Source: a plasmid
Sequence record: NZ_AP019754.1
DNA: 64,000 bases
Reading direction: 5' to 3' (one strand)
In this document: positions 59,402-64,000 of the stretch, one piece after another
Position numbering within the stretch: the stretch's first letter is position 1
Layout of the letters: each line of letters begins with the position of its first letter
Notes under the pieces: model-generated
Told to the model about the DNA's origin: nothing
The model's database searches: none
What the model saw: only the letters and a program-made list of their open reading frames with translations
Position numbers and translations under genes: made by a program

Positions 59402-60322
59402 GTGACCACTCTCAGTAATTCACTGCTTGAAGCCGTTCTTGAGCAGGTCCGTCCGTTAGTTCATCAGGGCAAAGTCGCTAATTACATTCCGGCGCTGGCT
59501 GACGTCGCGGCCGACCATCTGGGTATAGCGGTCTGTTTACGTGATGGCACAGTTTTTCAGGCAGGCGATGCTGAAACTCGTTTTTCGATCCAGTCCATTT
59601 CGAAAGTGCTCTCACTCACCGTCGCGCTGACGCGTTATGAGGATGCGGAGATATGGCGGCGAGTGGGTAAAGAACCCTCCGGTCAGCCTTTTAATTCGCT
59701 GGTTCAGCTTGAACTGGAGCAGGGAAAACCCCGTAATCCCTTTATTAACGCCGGGGCGCTGGTGATCTGCGATTTGCTTGAAACCCGGCTGACAGCACCG
59801 CGTCAGCGTATGCTGGAAATAATCCGTCAGCTCAGTCAGCAATCGGATATTCAGTACGATCGTCACGTCGCCCGTTCTGAATACGAACACTCTGCCCGCA
59901 ACGCGGCTATCGCCTGGCTGATGAAGTCATTTGGTAATTTTGACAACGACGTCACCAGCGTTATGCAGACTTATTTTCACTACTGCTCATTGTCCATGAA
60001 CTGTATTGAACTGGCTCGCAGTTTTATTTATCTGGCTAATCAGGGAAAAACCCTGGATGGCGCGTCCCTGATTTCGTCCCGCCAGGCGCGGCAGATCAAT
60101 GCGCTAATGATTACCAGCGGTATGTACGACGGGGCTGGCGAATTTGCCTGGCGGGTGGGCATGCCCGCCAAATCCGGGGTTGGCGGCGGTATCATTGCCG
60201 TCATTCCTGGTGAAATGAGCATCGCGGTCTGGTCACCCGGATTGGATAGCGCGGGCAATTCGTTAGCCGGCACCGCCGCGCTGGAGTGCCTGACTGACAA
60301 ACTCGGTCGTTCGATATTCTGA
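59402..60322 (+). CDS. glsB: Glutaminase (GlsB/YneH-type).
   Basis: 306 aa. Motifs ...VADYIPALA...FSIQSISKV... and ...GNSLAG.. are serine-dependent glutaminase signatures. GTG start with TGGAGA upstream. Confidence 0.8.
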   Translation: MTTLSNSLLEAVLEQVRPLVHQGKVANYIPALADVAADHLGIAVCLRDGTVFQAGDAETRFSIQSISKVLSLTVALTRYEDAEIWRRVGKEPSGQPFNSLVQLELEQGKPRNPFINAGALVICDLLETRLTAPRQRMLEIIRQLSQQSDIQYDRHVARSEYEHSARNAAIAWLMKSFGNFDNDVTSVMQTYFHYCSLSMNCIELARSFIYLANQGKTLDGASLISSRQARQINALMITSGMYDGAGEFAWRVGMPAKSGVGGGIIAVIPGEMSIAVWSPGLDSAGNSLAGTAALECLTDKLGRSIF

Positions 60323-60323
60323 T

Positions 60324-61265
60324 TCAGCTCACGACATTCACGGGCCGGTTTTGCTCAAATCCCGCCAGGTTCACCATGAGTCCCTGAAGCAGATTGTGCA
60401 TGCCGCTGTTACTCGCCCAGGCAATGTGCGGTGTCAGGAGAAGATTGGGGATATCGGGCTGGAGAAGAGGATGATCCCGCGCAGGGGGTTCACTGCTGAG
60501 AACGTCCAGCGCTGCACCGGCAAGGGTGCCATTCCGCAGGGCATCTGCCAGTTGCGCCTCGTGAATTAAGCCGCCCCGCGCGGTGTTAATCAGTAACGCC
60601 TGGGGTTTCATCTTTTCCAGCGTCTCGCGATCGATCAGATGACGGGTTTGCTCGCTAAGAGGGCAGTGCAGTGAAATGATATCGCTGGAGGCCAGCATCG
60701 CATCAAAGCTGACATAGCCGTCACGGATCCTGCTGCTGTCTTTGCGTTCGGCATAAAGCACACGCATTCCCAAGGCCTGTGCCAGCCTGCCGACTGCGCT
60801 GCCGATGTCGCCCTTTCCAACAATACCCAGCGTTGCGCCAGCAATATCCTGAATCGGCGCCCGGTGCAGGCAAAAATGAGAGGATTCAGGCCAGGAGTGA
60901 CGCGTGCTGTTGGCGTATTCCACGATCTGGCGCCGCAAGGCAAAAATAAAGGCTATCACGCCTTCCGAAACACTTTGCGTTGAGTAACCCGGAATGTTGC
61001 TCACCACAATGCCACGCTCTTTGCAGGCTACAATATCAATGCAGTCATAGCCCGTTGCCGTGACACAGATGTATCGCAGGTCGGGGAGCTGTGCCAGCGT
61101 CGCCGCACGTAAGGGCACCTTGTTGGTGATGGCAATGGTCGCCCCCTTTAGCGCTGTAACGATCTCGTCTTCGGCCGTGTCCGTTCGAAATTGCCAGTCA
61201 CTACACCAGGCGGGCTGAGTCGGTGGCACGGGCAATGTGTCGCCATCGAGTGTTACGATTTTCAT
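60324..61265 (-). CDS. D-isomer-specific 2-hydroxyacid dehydrogenase (glycerate/hydroxypyruvate reductase-like).
   Basis: NAD-binding GIVGKGDIGSAVGR. Catalytic-region motifs (…INTARGGLI…, …DVLSSEP…, …TPHIAWAS…). AAGGAGA Shine-Dalgarno. Confidence 0.8.
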   Translation of the reverse strand: MKIVTLDGDTLPVPPTQPAWCSDWQFRTDTAEDEIVTALKGATIAITNKVPLRAATLAQLPDLRYICVTATGYDCIDIVACKERGIVVSNIPGYSTQSVSEGVIAFIFALRRQIVEYANSTRHSWPESSHFCLHRAPIQDIAGATLGIVGKGDIGSAVGRLAQALGMRVLYAERKDSSRIRDGYVSFDAMLASSDIISLHCPLSEQTRHLIDRETLEKMKPQALLINTARGGLIHEAQLADALRNGTLAGAALDVLSSEPPARDHPLLQPDIPNLLLTPHIAWASNSGMHNLLQGLMVNLAGFEQNRPVNVVS

Positions 61266-61471
61266 TAGATCTCCTTTATTACAATATCACCGACAAATAA
61301 TGTTATTTAAATGTACGGCATGAGTAACGATAAAGTTAATCTCAAAGGCAATTTGAGTGAATGTGTTCAAAAGGTGCGACTTTTGATGGCTTAAATGTCA
61401 TTTTTTTTAACCCTTTTATCTCCGTCGCGTTACACTGCCGCCCTGAAATTGTGAATAACTATCCTGTTCTG

Positions 61472-61879
61472 ATGATGAAATCCACCCGCTGTAAACAACA
61501 ACGACTGAGCGCCTGTATTGCGATACTGGCTGTACTGCTGTTGTTTATTGCACCTGTGGTATCAAAAAATCTTGCTGAACGTCATGATGCGATGACGATG
61601 TCAGGCATGAGTGCGGATATGCCGATGATGGATCATCACAGCGATATGGCGATGACCGATCACAGTATGATGAACGACGGCCTCGCCTGCGGTTATTGCG
61701 ATCTGCTGGTGCATGTTCCGTTAATGTTGTGGGTATTTATTCCCTTCATCTGGTTGATCTGCCTGACCTGTCGCGCTCCTCCGCCCCGGCACATTGCGCG
61801 CCTGGCGTTACCGCGCCTGAACGGTATTTATCGACCCCGCGCACCACCGTTGCCCCGGTTGTTTATTTCCTTGATGTGA
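61472..61879 (+). CDS. DUF2946-like Met/His-rich small membrane-anchored protein (putative metal-binding).
   Basis: Hydrophobic signal/anchor segment. Met/His-rich stretch MSGMSADMPMMDHHSDMAMTDHSMMNDG. CGYC motif, then a transmembrane helix. The Pro/Arg-rich tail may reflect a frameshift. Start and end are uncertain. Confidence 0.4.
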   Translation: MMKSTRCKQQRLSACIAILAVLLLFIAPVVSKNLAERHDAMTMSGMSADMPMMDHHSDMAMTDHSMMNDGLACGYCDLLVHVPLMLWVFIPFIWLICLTCRAPPPRHIARLALPRLNGIYRPRAPPLPRLFISLM

Positions 61880-61942
61880 TCTTTTCTTCTTACGCCATGG
61901 CGCAGGAGGAAAAGCCCGGTATTCTGAAAATATGGAATCGCT

Positions 61943-63679
61943 ATGACTTTTTCACGGGAAAACAATCTTCCTCAACGCGGGGCGATGTTGAATGTTCTTC
62001 GTCGTTTACATTTTTATATTGGCCTGTTTATTGCGCCCTTTATTTTTGTTGCGGCATTAACCGGCACGCTGTATGTCATTACGCCGCAGTTAGAGAACCT
62101 GATTTATAAAGATGCACTCACCACCAACGCCCAGGGCACTGCAAAGCCGCTTTCCGATCAAATTAGTGCGGCCAGGCGTTATGCCGGTAATGCCCGGATT
62201 TATGCCGTAAGGCCCGCTCCGGGCGAACACGACACGACGCGTGTGCAGTTTTCAGAGCCGCAGTCAGGCCCTTCAGAATCACGTTCTGTTTTTATCGACC
62301 CTTATACGCTCGCTGTAAAAGGGGACATGACGGTTTATGGCACCAGCGGCGTATTACCTCTTCGCATGTGGCTCGATCAGGTTCATCGCGGTCTGCTGCT
62401 GGGCGATGTTGGCCGTAATTACAGCGAACTGGCGGCGTCATGGTTATGGGTTGCGGCACTGGGTGGCATTCTGCTGTGGCTGGGGACGCGTCCGCGGCGC
62501 AAAGTCAGACAGCCGCGTTCTGGCTTTTTATTAACGCGTTCCTGGCATATTACGCTCGGCTTAGTCCTGTCCCTTGGTCTGGTCTTTTTCTCGGTAACGG
62601 GATTAACCTGGTCACAGTGGGCAGGCAGTAATATTGATAAAATGCGCAGCGATTTTGGCTGGTTGACGCCTCAGGTCAGAACAGCGCTAAATGGCGATGC
62701 ACCGGTGGTGGCTGCCGATCCTCATGCCGAACATCATGCCACGATGGACGGTATGGCAATGGGCGGCACCCTGCCCAGCATGCCGGGTCATAAGACCGAC
62801 AAACCCGTTATCCTTAATCAGCCTGATGCTGACTGGGACAGGGTTGAGGCGGCCGCACGTAGCGCAGGTATCAAGGCGGCAAAAATTGAATTACGCCAGC
62901 CGAAAAGTGCCGGTCAGGCATGGACAGTGAGTGAGATCGATCGCCGCTGGCCAAGTCAGGTCGATTCGGTTTCCGTTAATCCTGATGACTTCAGCATTGT
63001 CGATCACGTGGAGTTTGCCCATTTTCCGCTGGTCGCGAAGCTGACACGCTGGGGCGTAGATGCACATATGGGCGTGCTGTTTGGCCTACCGAACCAACTC
63101 ATCCTGGCGCTGTTTGGTACGGGGTTATGTGCGATGATCGTTCTGGGTTATCGCATGTGGTGGATTCGCCGCCCGGCATTACCGCAGGCCAATCCCGCGC
63201 AAACGCTGCTGGCAGCATGGCAGGTCTTACCGCGCTATCAGCAGGGGGCCAGCCTGATCCTGGCTCTCGCATTCGGTTATGCGCTGCCGTTGATGGGCGT
63301 GAGTTTACTGGCCTTCTTACTGCTTGATATCCAGCGCTGGCGGAAAGCACAGCGTGCTTCACGTCAGGAGGTTGTCACGCCGCTGGATAAGCAGTCTCCA
63401 TTGGCGATTGTTCAATCCCGATTTGCCGTTAAGCGTAAAGAGATGCGTTATTTCCTGCGCAGCGTGGTCATTCTGGCAATTATTGTGGGAACCGTTATGG
63501 CACGCGCCATGGTGAGTGGCGTAATTGAGCAATACAATATTCCGTTCAGCGACTGGACGATAATGATGTATATCACTCAGGCCATGATGATTCTGCTTTA
63601 TACCACCGTATTTACCGGCTTAATGTCGATTCCACTCTGGTATTTTTTCCTGGGTGAAAGTGACGAGCAGGGCAAGTAA
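61943..63679 (+). CDS. PepSY-associated TM-helix (PepSY_TM) membrane protein.
   Basis: 578 aa. N-terminal transmembrane helix LHFYIGLFIAPFIFVAALTG, periplasmic regions, and PepSY_TM helix repeats. Start could be 61943 or 61985. Confidence 0.75.
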   Translation: MTFSRENNLPQRGAMLNVLRRLHFYIGLFIAPFIFVAALTGTLYVITPQLENLIYKDALTTNAQGTAKPLSDQISAARRYAGNARIYAVRPAPGEHDTTRVQFSEPQSGPSESRSVFIDPYTLAVKGDMTVYGTSGVLPLRMWLDQVHRGLLLGDVGRNYSELAASWLWVAALGGILLWLGTRPRRKVRQPRSGFLLTRSWHITLGLVLSLGLVFFSVTGLTWSQWAGSNIDKMRSDFGWLTPQVRTALNGDAPVVAADPHAEHHATMDGMAMGGTLPSMPGHKTDKPVILNQPDADWDRVEAAARSAGIKAAKIELRQPKSAGQAWTVSEIDRRWPSQVDSVSVNPDDFSIVDHVEFAHFPLVAKLTRWGVDAHMGVLFGLPNQLILALFGTGLCAMIVLGYRMWWIRRPALPQANPAQTLLAAWQVLPRYQQGASLILALAFGYALPLMGVSLLAFLLLDIQRWRKAQRASRQEVVTPLDKQSPLAIVQSRFAVKRKEMRYFLRSVVILAIIVGTVMARAMVSGVIEQYNIPFSDWTIMMYITQAMMILLYTTVFTGLMSIPLWYFFLGESDEQGK

Positions 63680-63710
63680 TAAAAATGCCCGCATTATGCG
63701 GGCGTTTGAT
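63680..63710. terminator. Bidirectional intrinsic terminator.
   Basis: AAAAATGCCCGC-ATTAT-GCGGGCGTTT hairpin flanked by A-rich and T-rich runs. Confidence 0.65.
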
Positions 63711-63738
63711 GAATCAGAATGCATGCTAAGCCGTGTCT

Positions 63739-63957
63739 TTAATCATGATGGATATCGTGAACGCGTTGCAACGCGTGTTTTAACTGGCTGACATCCTCTT
63801 TTAACCAGTGCCGTTGCGTCAGAGGCAGATGATCCAGTCCTTCGGGAAGCGGCACACCCTCTAACGCCCCCTCATTACAAAGCGCCCTGACCAGAGTTGC
63901 CTGCGAAACCCCTAGATAGGCTGCCATTTCAGATAATGTCATACGATCTGAGTGCAT
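63739..63957 (-). CDS. Small helix-turn-helix DNA-binding protein.
   Basis: Strong AGGAGGTG Shine-Dalgarno. HTH TLSEMAAYLGVSQATLVRAL. 72 aa. Confidence 0.55.
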   Translation of the reverse strand: MHSDRMTLSEMAAYLGVSQATLVRALCNEGALEGVPLPEGLDHLPLTQRHWLKEDVSQLKHALQRVHDIHHD

Positions 63958-64000
63958 TTTTCACCTCCTGATCTTCACTTGCTGATGCATTTTTGTTCAG

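Noticed and set aside
1-64000. Searched by eye for CRISPR repeats, tRNA or rRNA signatures (GTTCGAATC-type T-loops), IS terminal inverted repeats and integrase genes.
   Set aside because: None found. The window appears to be ordinary chromosomal backbone with small accessory insertions. An eye scan can miss tRNAs, so tRNAscan-SE or ARAGORN would be decisive.

Overview
This 64-kb window looks like a chromosomal segment from an Erwiniaceae bacterium (Pantoea/Erwinia-like, roughly 55% GC), inferred from gene content only. It is gene dense: I could support about 55 protein-coding genes, one riboswitch, two likely pseudogenes, several intrinsic terminators and two candidate regulator binding sites. 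The modules, in order, are listed below.

- **1-910:** a guanidine-I (ykkC) riboswitch on the minus strand, leading into a NitT/TauT-type ABC substrate-binding protein gene that is cut off at the window start.
- **4.9-6.7 kb:** a periplasmic peroxiredoxin gene followed by an alpha-domain-less DsbD-like thiol:disulfide reductase gene, apparently one operon.
- **6.9-9.2 kb:** a carboxymuconolactone decarboxylase, tautomerase and DUF4865 operon with a divergent LysR regulator.
- **9.5-14.5 kb:** a Ugp-like CUT1 ABC transporter with a cytoplasmic metallophosphoesterase.
- **15-23 kb:** TetR-EamA, a methyl-accepting chemotaxis protein, a GNAT acetyltransferase, LysE, NfsA and a sensor diguanylate cyclase.
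- **23.3-26.8 kb:** a three-subunit membrane gluconate 2-dehydrogenase.
- **27.3-33.3 kb:** lplA, then the dat-ddc pair for 1,3-diaminopropane synthesis.
- **34.7-36.3 kb:** mqo, followed by an Rpn-family nuclease gene.
- **37.9-47.9 kb:** the most interesting block. It holds DcuS-DcuR, a signal-less ApbE, a 925-aa three-domain soluble flavoprotein resembling the Klebsiella NADH:fumarate reductase, a TtdT-like DASS antiporter and a class I fumarase. A 575-bp AT-rich divergent intergenic region in this block contains a perfect FNR consensus box.
- **48-64 kb:** two SDR-type oxidoreductases with a LysR regulator, cdh, an alpha/beta hydrolase interrupted by an in-frame amber codon, two MFS transporters (one ProP-like), a YbcL-type PEBP protein, clcA, a glutaminase, a 2-hydroxyacid dehydrogenase, and a DUF2946-like plus PepSY membrane protein pair.

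I saw no CRISPR array, rRNA, tRNA or classical IS element. All similarity statements come from reading the translations and recalling family signatures; no database search was run.
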